A DNA stretch of 64,000 nucleotides. It comes from a virus. Position numbers and translations under genes: made by a program. Location: the IMG/VR virus record IMGVR_UViG_3300044641_001047, positions 12,497 through 76,496 of that record, one strand, 5' to 3'. Below are positions 30,686 to 40,799 of the stretch, in pieces; the first letter of the stretch is position 1; each line of letters starts with the position of its first letter. The notes beneath the pieces were generated by a model. The model had not been told where the DNA came from. It was given only the letters and a program-made list of their open reading frames with translations, and ran no database searches.

Positions 30686-30899
30686 TTTCTGTAAGTTTTT
30701 TATCGTACATGGCTCTCTGCTTTCTTGCAGTCAAAGCACGTTCTATGTTAAACCAAATAAGGGTAATACCCCCTACTATTCCTAATCCCCAGGTTATAGC
30801 ATTGGACATCATTGCTACAGTCCATCCAGCCCATACAGCATTAAGTCCGATCCATTCAAGTTGGTGAGTCATATTGTCATCAAATTCTAAGTTTCTCAT
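30669..30899 (-). CDS. Small membrane protein (holin-like)
   Basis: 76 aa; two short hydrophobic segments and a charged C-terminal tail. Confidence 0.45.
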   Translation of the reverse strand: MRNLEFDDNMTHQLEWIGLNAVWAGWTVAMMSNAITWGLGIVGGITLIWFNIERALTARKQRAMYDKKLTENEENA

Positions 30900-30902
30900 T
30901 GT

Positions 30903-31169
30903 TTACCAGTTTGAGCAGCTCCCACATCTCCAGACACGAAGAGCTTTGTTTATTCTTGAATTTGGGTCGTTTGCAGTTTTGCTTGATGTCAGCTTAGACT
31001 TCATCCCACACATCCTGTTACAGAATGAGTTACGTCGTTTTCCACCCTTAGGTTGTGGGGCCCCTAGTTTAGATCCAGGGTTAGCGGCACGGTAAGAAGC
31101 TCTGCCTTTTGCATTTAATCCTCCTTTTGGATTCTTACCTTCTGATCGTTGCCAAGCTGGTGATGCCAT
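30903..31169 (-). CDS. Conserved basic phage protein (DUF6321-like)
   Basis: 88 aa; PAWQRSEGKNPKGGLNAKGRASY...SFCNRM...DPNSRINKALRVWRC pattern recognised from aquatic phages. Confidence 0.6.
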   Translation of the reverse strand: MASPAWQRSEGKNPKGGLNAKGRASYRAANPGSKLGAPQPKGGKRRNSFCNRMCGMKSKLTSSKTANDPNSRINKALRVWRCGSCSNW

Positions 31170-31174
31170 CGTTA

Positions 31175-31182
31175 CAAAGTTA
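31175..31182 (-). promoter_or_regulatory. Bacteroidota sigma70 -7 element (TAACTTTG)
   Basis: Matches TAnnTTTG; intergenic; 5 nt before ATG 31169. Confidence 0.6.
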
Positions 31183-31190
31183 ATTTAAAA

Positions 31191-31913
31191 CTACTGAGGT
31201 TGGTTATCGTAGTTAGAATTTTGTTGAGCTGTTTGTGGAGCCTGAGGAGTTAAGTCCTGAGTTCTATCTGCAGTGGTATCTGTAAATGTACCAGCAAGTA
31301 ATCTTAGTTCTCCAGCCATCATGCCTTGGGTAATGGCTTGTACCATGTCCATCGGCATAGGAAAGGGAGTGTCATCAGTATAACAAGGCAAACCATTACA
31401 ATCACTAAATTTAGCAACTTCCTCTGGATTTTCGAATATACCTCTGACATTGACATAGTCTGCACCTTTATTATTTAGAATGTATAAGTAATCTTCAATC
31501 ATGTAAGCCTTCATGTTCTTCCCAGTGAATTTATCAGCTGAGATATAAGCTACTTCAAAAGGCTTAATCATCTGCACCCTTGCAGTTCCTGTGATATCTC
31601 CTACGTAGGTAATAGCTTCTTCGAAGTTAAACCTTACAGTTCTAGGGATAGGCTTAACACTTCTCCAGGCTGGGCAGTCTATATTAATGTTACAACACTT
31701 AGATAAGTCAACTCTCTCAAGTTGCACACATCTTAAATCTTGCTCTAAATGCCTTGTTACCAGTCCATTTCTGGCATAGTCTCTACGAATGAATACAGCA
31801 CGGTAGTGCTTAATATTAAACTTAATCTGATCGAGAGAGACGTTATCATCGTTTGAGGACCTACCCCCTCGAAAGGCATTTAGAAGGTTATATGCAATCT
31901 CATCTAAGGTCAT
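31191..31913 (-). CDS. Tail ring protein
   Basis: 240 aa; MTLDEIAYNLL...SNDDNVSLDQIKF...YRA, VRGIFENPEEV and FPMP motifs of crAss-like ring proteins. Confidence 0.7.
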   Translation of the reverse strand: MTLDEIAYNLLNAFRGGRSSNDDNVSLDQIKFNIKHYRAVFIRRDYARNGLVTRHLEQDLRCVQLERVDLSKCCNINIDCPAWRSVKPIPRTVRFNFEEAITYVGDITGTARVQMIKPFEVAYISADKFTGKNMKAYMIEDYLYILNNKGADYVNVRGIFENPEEVAKFSDCNGLPCYTDDTPFPMPMDMVQAITQGMMAGELRLLAGTFTDTTADRTQDLTPQAPQTAQQNSNYDNQPQ

Positions 31914-31924
31914 CTATGAATGTT

Positions 31925-32224
31925 TTAATTACTTATTTTATTAGTCATTTCTTCCTTAGCTTTCACCAGGTCGATACATTTTTCGTATTCTTCGTTCTGT
32001 TCAAAATAACTTATCATAAGGTCTGCAACATTCAAAAAGTCCTCGAGCCTGCTAGGGTTAAATGGAAATATAACCACAAGCTTCTCGGCAGTTAATTCAG
32101 CTAATGTTCTTTTAGCTGTGATTAACTTGTATCCATTGTTGTAACAAGCATCTATTGATGCTACTTTATCGAAGAACTCTTCCATATCCTGGTCGAATTC
32201 TTCGTCGTATTCATCTTGACTCAT
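31925..32224 (-). CDS. Hypothetical protein (C-terminal UVR-like helix pair)
   Basis: 99 aa; YFEQNEEYEKCIDL; ATGA-coupled to the phosphoesterase gene. Confidence 0.6.
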   Translation of the reverse strand: MSQDEYDEEFDQDMEEFFDKVASIDACYNNGYKLITAKRTLAELTAEKLVVIFPFNPSRLEDFLNVADLMISYFEQNEEYEKCIDLVKAKEEMTNKISN

Positions 32225-33372
32225 TTTACAATAGTTTGTAGATAACCCTCCAGCCCATTAGTTTTACTCCAGATATAAGCCTGGCCTGTTCTAAGAGCTG
32301 AGTATCCCATTGTTCTGTGCCAGTCATCATTAGCACAGATGGAGGGGATAAATCTTACTTTAATTCCACGGTATTCATTAACCATTTCCTTGTGTAAGTG
32401 CCCACAGTGCACCTCTCTAACTGAGCATCTGGCAAACATCTCTGGTTGCTCAGTTGCCATAATCAGTGGCATTTCACTTGGCTTCTCCTTATCCCCGTGA
32501 GTATACATTATCATGTTTACCCCGTACTCTACATACTTCCTACTTTCCATGCTGTTATCTACAACGACATTTTTATCGTTACGATACCATCCTTTGATGA
32601 CATCCCCAGCATAGAACATTCTTTCAAAATCGTGATTCCCTGATATAACTACTACATGAACTGGAGCTTTAGTCTTTAGAAAGTCTATAGCTTTAGTCAT
32701 CAAGTTGCAATATCCCTGGAAGCTTTCTCTCCATCCTATTGCATCATGCTGAAAAGTTCCTTTGGTTGTAGTCAACCTCAGTCCTTCAGAATTCATTCCG
32801 TCATTCCCGATAGGAAGAATGAATTTCTCAATATTCAATCCTTTTGCTTTATCTACTAAGTTGTAGACTGTGCTCATGAATTGTTCTTCAACTGCCTGCA
32901 TGGATAGCTCCGTTAGCTTACCATAGTGTATATCAGGAAGAGAAATCTCGTAGGCTACTCCTTCATCTCCTGCTTGGAATGGGGCTGACTGCTTGTATAC
33001 AGTTGGACTAAATATAGCAGCAAACTCCTCAATCTCCATCTTTATCTCAGCCATTGAGATTTTATCACCCTTTGTAACTACAGAGAACCGTTGTTCTCCT
33101 CCCATTGTTTGCCAGAATTTAACAGATGATACATCATCTCTGTTAATTCCGTTTTCTAACAGATAGCTTTCAAACTCAGTTATTACACTGTCGTTTTCGT
33201 TAGAGTTATCAGTGAGGCCAAGTCTAGCTTGCTTAAGCAGTTTCTTAGCCTCCCTGATTGCCTCTAATGCTATCTTTTCTTCAACATCGAACGTGGTAGA
33301 TACTCTGCTAGGGCCACTTTTAAGGTAACCTGGTTTTAGCTTTAGTATGTCTACCAGTTCTTTTAAACTCAT
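32221..33372 (-). CDS. Calcineurin-like metallophosphoesterase
   Basis: 383 aa with all five motifs: PDIHYG, GNDG, SGNHD, THGD, GHLH. Confidence 0.85.
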   Translation of the reverse strand: MSLKELVDILKLKPGYLKSGPSRVSTTFDVEEKIALEAIREAKKLLKQARLGLTDNSNENDSVITEFESYLLENGINRDDVSSVKFWQTMGGEQRFSVVTKGDKISMAEIKMEIEEFAAIFSPTVYKQSAPFQAGDEGVAYEISLPDIHYGKLTELSMQAVEEQFMSTVYNLVDKAKGLNIEKFILPIGNDGMNSEGLRLTTTKGTFQHDAIGWRESFQGYCNLMTKAIDFLKTKAPVHVVVISGNHDFERMFYAGDVIKGWYRNDKNVVVDNSMESRKYVEYGVNMIMYTHGDKEKPSEMPLIMATEQPEMFARCSVREVHCGHLHKEMVNEYRGIKVRFIPSICANDDWHRTMGYSALRTGQAYIWSKTNGLEGYLQTIVK

Positions 33373-33797
33373 TAATGTACGATTTTGATTAGAGCTTCTA
33401 ACTGCTCAGCTGATAAATCTTCTGGCAGATGAGCTTCGTTAACCATTTTCAATTCCAAAGTAGCAGTCTCATCTAGCTTTGAATTAACTAGTTCCATCTG
33501 CTTCTTTCTTTCTTCAATTACCTCTGAATGCTCTTCTTCAAATTTCTTCAAGCCTTCTCCGTCCTCAGCTTGAATGTACTTTTGAGCTTCCAAAGAGAGT
33601 AACATAAATGCTTCTGAGGGTTTAGCTTGCTCTTCAATTGGATCTAAATGAGCTTTGATAACCTCAGAGTTTTTAACTACTGCCTTAGCATAAGCTACTC
33701 CTTTAGTTGATCTTGTCTCATTCAGAGTTTTAAAGATGTTCAAAAACTCTCTGTTCGTCGCTGTTACGTGTACTCCGTACTTCTCTGTCTGGTTCAT
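33372..33797 (-). CDS. Hypothetical helical protein (possible tail-fibre chaperone)
   Basis: 141 aa coiled-coil protein downstream of the fibre genes. Confidence 0.5.
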   Translation of the reverse strand: MNQTEKYGVHVTATNREFLNIFKTLNETRSTKGVAYAKAVVKNSEVIKAHLDPIEEQAKPSEAFMLLSLEAQKYIQAEDGEGLKKFEEEHSEVIEERKKQMELVNSKLDETATLELKMVNEAHLPEDLSAEQLEALIKIVH

Positions 33798-33824
33798 TTA
33801 TATTTGGTTTTAAAAAATTTGCAA

Positions 33825-34262
33825 TTATTGGTTATATATCTCTGCAGTTAGTTTATATCTTGCCGAGCTATTAGCAGGCGGTACTACTGCTGCTGTCATT
33901 AAATATTCAACTTCTACTTTTTTTATTATAAAAAATGCTCTGTTACCTCCAGTAATAGCTAAATAATCTGTAGCCGCTGTTCTTACTAATGTTCCTAGTG
34001 CCTCGTCTATATCGGTTGTAAATTTGCCGTCAGTTACACCCACTAACAGAAATCCAACTATTTCTTTCATTGAAACACCACTAGCACCTGTATAAACAGA
34101 TGCTCCAGCCGCAGCAAATTCTTGAGGAGTTTTTATTAAAAAATTTGACCCAGTAGAAGAAATTATCATTCCACATACACTTGGGAAATCTCCTTGATCT
34201 ATAGAATTAGTATTAGTAACTATGTTACTTAGTAAATTATCGGTTGTTGAATTATAAGCCAT
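33825..34262 (-). CDS. Hypothetical protein (tail-fibre associated)
   Basis: 145 aa intact ORF in the tail cluster. Confidence 0.55.
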   Translation of the reverse strand: MAYNSTTDNLLSNIVTNTNSIDQGDFPSVCGMIISSTGSNFLIKTPQEFAAAGASVYTGASGVSMKEIVGFLLVGVTDGKFTTDIDEALGTLVRTAATDYLAITGGNRAFFIIKKVEVEYLMTAAVVPPANSSARYKLTAEIYNQ

Positions 34263-34280
34263 TATTTTAAATTTTAAAGT

Positions 34281-35564
34281 TTATTCTGCTGTGGCGTATA
34301 CTCTAATCCAAGCATCTACACCGTTAATTTTAACTTTGATAGCTCCAGTCTTAGCAGCAGCTGATGCTGTAGAACTAGAGAGTGAGTTAGCACTAGCTGC
34401 TCCACTAGTTCCGACAAAGTTAATGAAAGATTCGTCTGTGTCAAGTTGCTCAATTACGGCTACGGGAATATTAGCAGTAGTACCATCTTGTTTAGCATGT
34501 AAAGGACTTGAAGGTGCATCTGTATTAATACCTACACGTCTGCTTGCCCCTTTAAGAGTCATAATTTTTTGAGCAACTGCTGATGAATCGTATCCCCAGA
34601 AAGTATAATCTCCTGATGAACCTGTACCATCATGGTTACCTACATAAAATTCTACTTCTCCACCTGCATTAGCTCCTTGAGAGTTACCAGCTTTAATATA
34701 CAATGCTCCACCTTTGTTAGATGCGTTAGCAGTTCCACCTTGTACGTACAATGGAGCAGGAGCACCGCTAGATGTTAGCAACATTCCAATTACCTGGGCA
34801 GAGTTACCATTTAAAAATATATTGCTAGATACGTTTAAATCTCCTGAGAAGAATGGAGTTGGGCTACCGCTACCAATAAATGTTTGACCATTAGTATTTA
34901 CTTTAATACCTCTATTACCACTATCTCCATTTAACCATCCAAATCCATAGATGTTGTATGTAGATGCATTCAAAGCATTTGCTAGAGTAGCTATAGTAGC
35001 AGCAATTGTTATTGTTCCAGATCCGTTAGTAATAGTGATATTAGAACCAGCTGTTAAGTTAGCCATTACTGGAGCTAGACCAGTTCTTCCTATTATAATT
35101 TGACCGTTAGTTCCAAATGCCAAAGATGTTAGAGCCCCTAAGCTATTAGCATATAAGAAGGTGTTAGTTCCTAGAGTACTTACTCCAGTACCTCCATTAG
35201 CAATTGGTAGAACTCCTGTAACATCAGAAGTTAGATTAGCTGTAGTTAAGAAACCAGCCGTACTATTATCACAGTTAGCAAGATCTATATTAGCCTCATT
35301 AACCTGAAGAGTGATGTTATTACTAGCTGTAGCAACAGTTAGAATATTATTTAGAGATTTAATCCCTTTGAAGTTAAGTGTGTTTTTGCTAGTAATGTTT
35401 ACAAACAAAGACTCACTGCTAGTTCCAAGTGTGTTGACAATTGGGAATAGATCTTGAAGCAAGAACTTATTATTAGCAGGGGTAGATGCATTTGCTGTTA
35501 ACAAGTAGTCATTAGCAGTTACACTTGTTTTGGCTAAGGCTGTTAGGCTGGTTATAGTTGCCAT
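34281..35564 (-). CDS. Tail fibre / spike protein
   Basis: 427 aa, T/S/N/G-rich; TGVLPIANGGTG, RVGINTDAPSSPLH and terminal IKVKINGVDAWIRVY fibre motifs. Confidence 0.75.
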   Translation of the reverse strand: MATITSLTALAKTSVTANDYLLTANASTPANNKFLLQDLFPIVNTLGTSSESLFVNITSKNTLNFKGIKSLNNILTVATASNNITLQVNEANIDLANCDNSTAGFLTTANLTSDVTGVLPIANGGTGVSTLGTNTFLYANSLGALTSLAFGTNGQIIIGRTGLAPVMANLTAGSNITITNGSGTITIAATIATLANALNASTYNIYGFGWLNGDSGNRGIKVNTNGQTFIGSGSPTPFFSGDLNVSSNIFLNGNSAQVIGMLLTSSGAPAPLYVQGGTANASNKGGALYIKAGNSQGANAGGEVEFYVGNHDGTGSSGDYTFWGYDSSAVAQKIMTLKGASRRVGINTDAPSSPLHAKQDGTTANIPVAVIEQLDTDESFINFVGTSGAASANSLSSSTASAAAKTGAIKVKINGVDAWIRVYATAE

Positions 35565-35566
35565 TT

Positions 35567-37093
35567 TTATATAGTAATTTTTTGATTAAACTCAGTGGTT
35601 ATATCTATTCCTGTCTCACTCTTTAAGTCTGATGTTGCAATATCCAATCCTACACCTCCTGTAGAACCACTAGTTGATCCAGATGATCCAGTTGTGCTGC
35701 TAGTAATTGATGTAGATGCTGAACAGTCTGCACAGAATCTATTTGCAAAGTTTATAAAAGTCTCTAAGTAAGTTGTAGTACTTTCTGCATCTTGAACTAA
35801 GCAGATATCATATCCAGTATAAGTTGTAGAAAATGCAGAGTCTAGAAGTATTGTACTTTGGCTAGTTCCAGAGTCAAATGTTACATCTATCATTTTTCTA
35901 GAAGCAAGTACCACTGAAGTAGATGGGTTTACTACTTGAAGATTAAATGTTTCAAATGGAGTGTAATCCCCATTAATAGTTAATGGATTGGCAGTGTTTA
36001 TAGTTAAGCCACTAACACTACACGGGATAGGCTCGTAAGTAGCTGTTACCACATCCTTTCTATCGTAAATGCAATCCAGGGCTCTGTCTTTATCTTTTTG
36101 AGCTAATAGCTCTGTGATAAGTTTAAGTTTAGTGAGCTCTCTATAGTCACAGTTAACTCCCCCAATAACTTTATTGTAGAATGTAGTTCCTTTTTCTGCT
36201 AAGCAGTTTTGATATTGAGAAAGCTTAGTATTGTAATCTACCCCGTTAAGTGTAAGTGGAACTTCAGCTATTTCTGAGTATGGGATTACAACAATTGGAT
36301 CTCCCCCAACAGCTGTACGATATGCACATACATTATCAATGAATCTACCTTTACCTCCAGATGTGGAACCGTAGCATTGGTTTGGATCATACATCTCTAT
36401 TTTAAGAGTAGTATTTCCTTCACAGGTAAGCTCTACTTCTAAGTTTTGTAAAGCCGCTCCAGTGTCATCTAGTAGATGCGTATAAACTTTTGTACCAGCA
36501 TATATTTTTAAATATGCTTGAGAAATTTGAAATGGGGTGCAATAGCCTGCTCTTGTACTTGTAGCATAGTCAAGACTTATTACAAAGGTATCTCCTACAG
36601 TTAATACATTTGTTTGAGTTATGGAGCTTAAAAGAGCAGTATTAAATTTTACTGATCCTCCGTAGTCTCCAGCCCATGCCCCATTTGCAACAGTCCAACC
36701 TGTAGGATCTGAGTCAAAAGTCCCGTTACTATTAAGACAAGTTAAAGAAGGCCCTTGATCAATTGCAACATCTATAGCAAAAGATGTAAATGCTCTTCCA
36801 ACTTCTACCCACCCAGTTGTAGGTGGGCATATATTATTGGCTGTCCCAGTATCTACAGAGTAAGCCTCTTTAATTCCTGAGTTATTTAGTACAACCCATT
36901 GAGAGCCTGTATAAGTGATAGTATATGTATCTCTCCCTACAGCAAAGACGTAGTCATATCCTGTTAAAGAGTTTACATTAACTACTGCAGTAGCAGAGAC
37001 TGTTATTAATTCACCAGTAGAAACTAATTTAACAGTTACTTCTACTCCATTGCATGGAATATTATCTTGTATACAATCTAAACAAATTGGCAT
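35567..37093 (-). CDS. Tail hub-like protein with inserted beta-sandwich (CBM-like) domain
   Basis: 508 aa, Cys-rich; NGTFDSDPTGWTV; YLETFINFANRFCADC; follows the short Cys-rich hub-like gene. Confidence 0.5.
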   Translation of the reverse strand: MPICLDCIQDNIPCNGVEVTVKLVSTGELITVSATAVVNVNSLTGYDYVFAVGRDTYTITYTGSQWVVLNNSGIKEAYSVDTGTANNICPPTTGWVEVGRAFTSFAIDVAIDQGPSLTCLNSNGTFDSDPTGWTVANGAWAGDYGGSVKFNTALLSSITQTNVLTVGDTFVISLDYATSTRAGYCTPFQISQAYLKIYAGTKVYTHLLDDTGAALQNLEVELTCEGNTTLKIEMYDPNQCYGSTSGGKGRFIDNVCAYRTAVGGDPIVVIPYSEIAEVPLTLNGVDYNTKLSQYQNCLAEKGTTFYNKVIGGVNCDYRELTKLKLITELLAQKDKDRALDCIYDRKDVVTATYEPIPCSVSGLTINTANPLTINGDYTPFETFNLQVVNPSTSVVLASRKMIDVTFDSGTSQSTILLDSAFSTTYTGYDICLVQDAESTTTYLETFINFANRFCADCSASTSITSSTTGSSGSTSGSTGGVGLDIATSDLKSETGIDITTEFNQKITI

Positions 37094-37102
37094 GTTTATA
37101 TA

Positions 37103-37588
37103 TTAGCAACCACATGCACAGGTCTCTATGCAGAAGTCTTTTGCTTTATTGTATTTGTTAATAGCGTCAGTTATATTAGTAGCTGAGTAAGTAGCATGTT
37201 GTGCTGACTTAATCAACAGATCAATCTTCTCGGCCTTTCTTAGGTCTTCATCACATCTATCACAGTGACAGTGACAGTCAATGGCAGATTGAACTAGAGC
37301 TGCAATGCAGCAGTAAATTTCACAAGCTCCTACTGAATAGCTTGTAGGATTAGAACTATCTACGGTATCTGTAATGCTAATTACCCCATTAAACAACTCT
37401 CCAGCTGTCTCGTTATCTAGAATCCAGGTGTAGGCTCCTCCAGTTGTGGATACAGTACCTGAATCTTTTGTAGTTTCAGTTATAAAGTTGTAGTATACAA
37501 GCTTAGCAGTTGCTGCAGCTCCAGAGATTACAACAGTTAGCTTTTTACAATCAGGGGAGATAGTTATTGAGTCTATTACTGTAGCCAT
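37103..37588 (-). CDS. Tail hub-like protein (Cys-rich C-terminus)
   Basis: Start revised to MATVIDS (37588), downstream of the terminator; ends CIETCACGC; syntenic with crAss hub genes. Confidence 0.6.
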   Translation of the reverse strand: MATVIDSITISPDCKKLTVVISGAAATAKLVYYNFITETTKDSGTVSTTGGAYTWILDNETAGELFNGVISITDTVDSSNPTSYSVGACEIYCCIAALVQSAIDCHCHCDRCDEDLRKAEKIDLLIKSAQHATYSATNITDAINKYNKAKDFCIETCACGC

Positions 37589-37611
37589 TAGATAGTTTTT
37601 GTAAAGATAGT

Positions 37612-37641
37612 AAAAAGCAGGGGATTGCTCCCCCACTTTTT
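37612..37641 (-). terminator. Rho-independent terminator
   Basis: Minus strand GTGGGG-GAGCAAT-CCCCTGC hairpin followed by TTTTT, after the auxiliary capsid gene. Confidence 0.7.
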
Positions 37642-37657
37642 AATGATTAATTTTAGA

Positions 37658-38671
37658 TTAGAACAATCTTTCAACTGCAGCAGTGCCCCAGTCTGAAGTG
37701 TCGCTATTCAAGAACACCAAGTCAGCCTTAGTAGATCCTTCTGCAGCTACTTTGCTGTAGATCTTAATAGTGTTCAATTCACCTGCACGGGCAATACCTG
37801 TGTCAGCTGGGTGATTGTGTACGTACTGAATTTGAACAACTTCGTAAGTATTTCCACTAACTGCAAACTCAGGGAATGCAAATGGGAAGTACATACGGTT
37901 GAAGTTTCCGTAACGAGCACGTTGTGATTTCTCGTCAGACAAAACCTGCCAGTAGTTACCAGCTCCATCATTGTAACCAGTCATAGTTGGTGCAGCCAAA
38001 GTACCAGACTTGTCGCTGTAAGCAAGAGTGATATCAAATACAACTCCAGCATGACGAGCAGTCAATACCATGTCAGTACCATTATCAGTGGTAGTAAACA
38101 AAGAATTCAAAGTAGGATTAGCTGCAATTTTAGCAATAATCTGATCGTACAAAGTAGCCTCTGTTCCACCATGTTCAGAACTACCAACTTCAATGTTGAA
38201 GATCATACGACCTGCAGAGAAGTTACCGAGCAATGGAAATTCTTTACCACCACCAGACAAATCTAATGCAGTACCATTTTGATAGTAGTTAGCATAAGCA
38301 GTTGGAGCAGTACGAAGTGCAATACGTACCATTACATCTTTGGTAGATGTCGGAGCTCCTACATTAATAGCTGCTGAATGTCTAACTGATGCAGCGTAGA
38401 TATCATACTTAATTCTCTTTATATCTTTGATATCGATAATAGGAGAAGCAATAGGATTTCCAGAAGGCATAGTTTGCACAATTTGGATAGGACCAACTGC
38501 TGCTGTCAAAGAAGTTGTCAGGTATGCTCCAGTAGCAAGATCCCACACACCAACTTTAGAAGCAGACGCTGCTGCATTAACTGAAAAAGTAGAGCCTGTG
38601 ATCAAGCTTCCGTTGGTAGTATCGCTAATGTCGTTAGCTACAAATACCTGATTTAAATTAGAAGGTGCCAT
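37658..38671 (-). CDS. Auxiliary capsid (decoration) protein
   Basis: 337 aa; codon style like the MCP gene; followed by a terminator; position matches the crAss auxiliary capsid gene. Confidence 0.6.
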   Translation of the reverse strand: MAPSNLNQVFVANDISDTTNGSLITGSTFSVNAAASASKVGVWDLATGAYLTTSLTAAVGPIQIVQTMPSGNPIASPIIDIKDIKRIKYDIYAASVRHSAAINVGAPTSTKDVMVRIALRTAPTAYANYYQNGTALDLSGGGKEFPLLGNFSAGRMIFNIEVGSSEHGGTEATLYDQIIAKIAANPTLNSLFTTTDNGTDMVLTARHAGVVFDITLAYSDKSGTLAAPTMTGYNDGAGNYWQVLSDEKSQRARYGNFNRMYFPFAFPEFAVSGNTYEVVQIQYVHNHPADTGIARAGELNTIKIYSKVAAEGSTKADLVFLNSDTSDWGTAAVERLF

Positions 38672-38706
38672 TTTTTATTAATTTAGGCGTTAAACATTGA
38701 TTTTAG

Positions 38707-39876
38707 TTATTCACTTTCGAGGTTTTCCATCGATTGCGAGTTATACCTTTGGGATTCGATACCCTCCAGTATGCTTTTAATAGTCATTTCTACAATCTCC
38801 TGGTGAGTGTGCTCAGCAAGCTCACATCCAACCCCTGAAGTTATAGAGATGGCTTTTGGTTTTCTTATATAAACGATGAATACTTTAGGGACAATGAATG
38901 TATTGTCTGAGTAAACATCGATAAAGTTCTCTTTTACAGAATAAGGGATATAGTCGAAAGATGTTCTATTAAAGGGATCTTTCATGATAGTTGGGATGTC
39001 ATCACTTTGAGCAAACCAACATTGACTTATTCTTTCTAATGGTCTTGGGGCAGCTATACCTTTTATATCTCTTGTAGTTACCCCAAAAGTCTTTAAATTA
39101 TCTTCTTCTCTATATGTCCATCCAGTACCTGATGGAGTTGTCCAGCTAGTTCTGATATATCCTCCAGTTAAGGGGTCTGGGTACATATCATTTAAAGTCC
39201 CAATATAGATGTGATTACTATCTACAGGGGGATCAAGTGCAGCTCCTGTATCATTTAAGGTTTCTACTACATTAGCATTATAAGATGGGAAGAAGTTATT
39301 TAAGTAGTTATTAGTCTTAATTAACTCATCTCTAGATATCTCCTGACCTGCTGGGGTATTCATCATACTTACCCACACTGATCCATCATAATAAGCTATG
39401 TCTGTAAGAACGTGTCCTGCAACTGGGGGAGTTAAATCTAACTTAACCCAACTGTAGTTATTCTTATTTAGGGCTATTGCATATGCTATATTCCCGTTAC
39501 ATACGTAATTAACTTGAGCAGAAACAGATACAAGGAAAAGGTAATCCAAAGGTAGGGTTGCCCTTTCCACGTAAATGTTAGTATTGCTAGTATTATAAAT
39601 GTAAGTACCTATTGCATCAGTGAGGAATCCTCCAGAAGAGATAGTACTAGAACTAGTAGTAACTACTAGATTTCTTAAGTCATCTATTCTCTTCTGAGAT
39701 TGCTCAAAGCCCTTACCTTGTCTGTTAGATGATGGGTTATACCGTTGCTTAATGAATCTCATCATAGCAATGTTTAACTCAAAATCTATCTCTTGAGGTA
39801 AGAGTACGTCAGCCTGGAAGGATGCAATCTTTTGCACCCCCAGGTTGACAGCTATATGCATTTCGTTTACAGTCAT
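38707..39876 (-). CDS. Tail ring protein
   Basis: 389 aa; GFEQSQKRIDDLRNLV, LPLDYLFLV, YIRKP and CELAEHTHQEIVEM motifs. Confidence 0.75.
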   Translation of the reverse strand: MTVNEMHIAVNLGVQKIASFQADVLLPQEIDFELNIAMMRFIKQRYNPSSNRQGKGFEQSQKRIDDLRNLVVTTSSSTISSGGFLTDAIGTYIYNTSNTNIYVERATLPLDYLFLVSVSAQVNYVCNGNIAYAIALNKNNYSWVKLDLTPPVAGHVLTDIAYYDGSVWVSMMNTPAGQEISRDELIKTNNYLNNFFPSYNANVVETLNDTGAALDPPVDSNHIYIGTLNDMYPDPLTGGYIRTSWTTPSGTGWTYREEDNLKTFGVTTRDIKGIAAPRPLERISQCWFAQSDDIPTIMKDPFNRTSFDYIPYSVKENFIDVYSDNTFIVPKVFIVYIRKPKAISITSGVGCELAEHTHQEIVEMTIKSILEGIESQRYNSQSMENLESE

Positions 39877-39883
39877 CTAGTAA

Positions 39884-40690
39884 TTAAGATACTTCTTTGA
39901 GCCTTGCTCTCATTGTATTTACTTGACCAGAGTTCTTCTTATTCTTGAAGTAAACAATTGCATCTTTCATATCTTCTCCGATTGTTTCGTCTTGGAAAAT
40001 AACTTGATTTCCAATTCGACGGAGGATATCCTTTGCAACCATTTCTTCAATCTCTGCCTGAACTTCTAAGTTGTCGTCCATGCAGTATTTCAAGAATTTC
40101 TCTGGGTTACTTCCTTTGTAATCGTACAGGGTATTTTCGATTTCCATGTCTGAGAGTCTTTCTGGATCTCCGTCCACAAGTACTCTAAGCAACATTTTCA
40201 TCTTCTCGACGTTGCCAGTGAGTTTAATAAACTCTTTGTCAGCATCTTTTCTAACCTGCACTTTAGCATTCTTCTTAAGAAGGTCTTTCTGTGGATCGTA
40301 GATATAAAATCTTTTATTCGAATCCAGTTTCATTTCTTCTTCAGAAGTTGCCACATGTCTGTGCTTGAGGCACCACTTATAATAAATGTAATCCATTGCA
40401 TTAATTGGACTGCCATCATCATAAGTACCGATCTCAAGTTCTGCCCCTTCAAAAGGAACTTTAAGGCTAAGGCTAGCCCAGAAGTCTTTTGTTTTTGAAG
40501 GCCAATCTTGATGACCAGCTGGTACATCAATAAAGTTTTTCAATAATTTTGCTTCTTCTTCTCCGTCAACTCCTTTGAGTGGGAGACGATCTACATACAT
40601 AGATCCAAGTTTAACTTTTGCTCCAGCTCTGATTTCCTTTGGAAGGTGATTCAGAACTTCTTTGCGTCTAATAATAACTTTACGTTCCAT
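39884..40690 (-). CDS. Conserved crAss-like protein downstream of the major capsid gene
   Basis: 268 aa; FWASLSLKVP...PINAMDYI...RFYIYDP; conserved position. Confidence 0.65.
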   Translation of the reverse strand: MERKVIIRRKEVLNHLPKEIRAGAKVKLGSMYVDRLPLKGVDGEEEAKLLKNFIDVPAGHQDWPSKTKDFWASLSLKVPFEGAELEIGTYDDGSPINAMDYIYYKWCLKHRHVATSEEEMKLDSNKRFYIYDPQKDLLKKNAKVQVRKDADKEFIKLTGNVEKMKMLLRVLVDGDPERLSDMEIENTLYDYKGSNPEKFLKYCMDDNLEVQAEIEEMVAKDILRRIGNQVIFQDETIGEDMKDAIVYFKNKKNSGQVNTMRARLKEVS

Positions 40691-40753
40691 AATTTTAGTT
40701 CTTTTTATTAGTTAAGCTTAGGAAAAGAATAACCTAAGGTTTTATATATTTTT

Positions 40754-40780
40754 AAAAGGGGGCTTTAACACCCCCTTTTT
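40754..40780 (-). terminator. Rho-independent terminator after the MCP gene
   Basis: AAAAGGGGG-N8-CCCCCTTTT inverted repeat. Confidence 0.75.
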
Positions 40781-40799
40781 ATTGCAAACCAAACACAAA

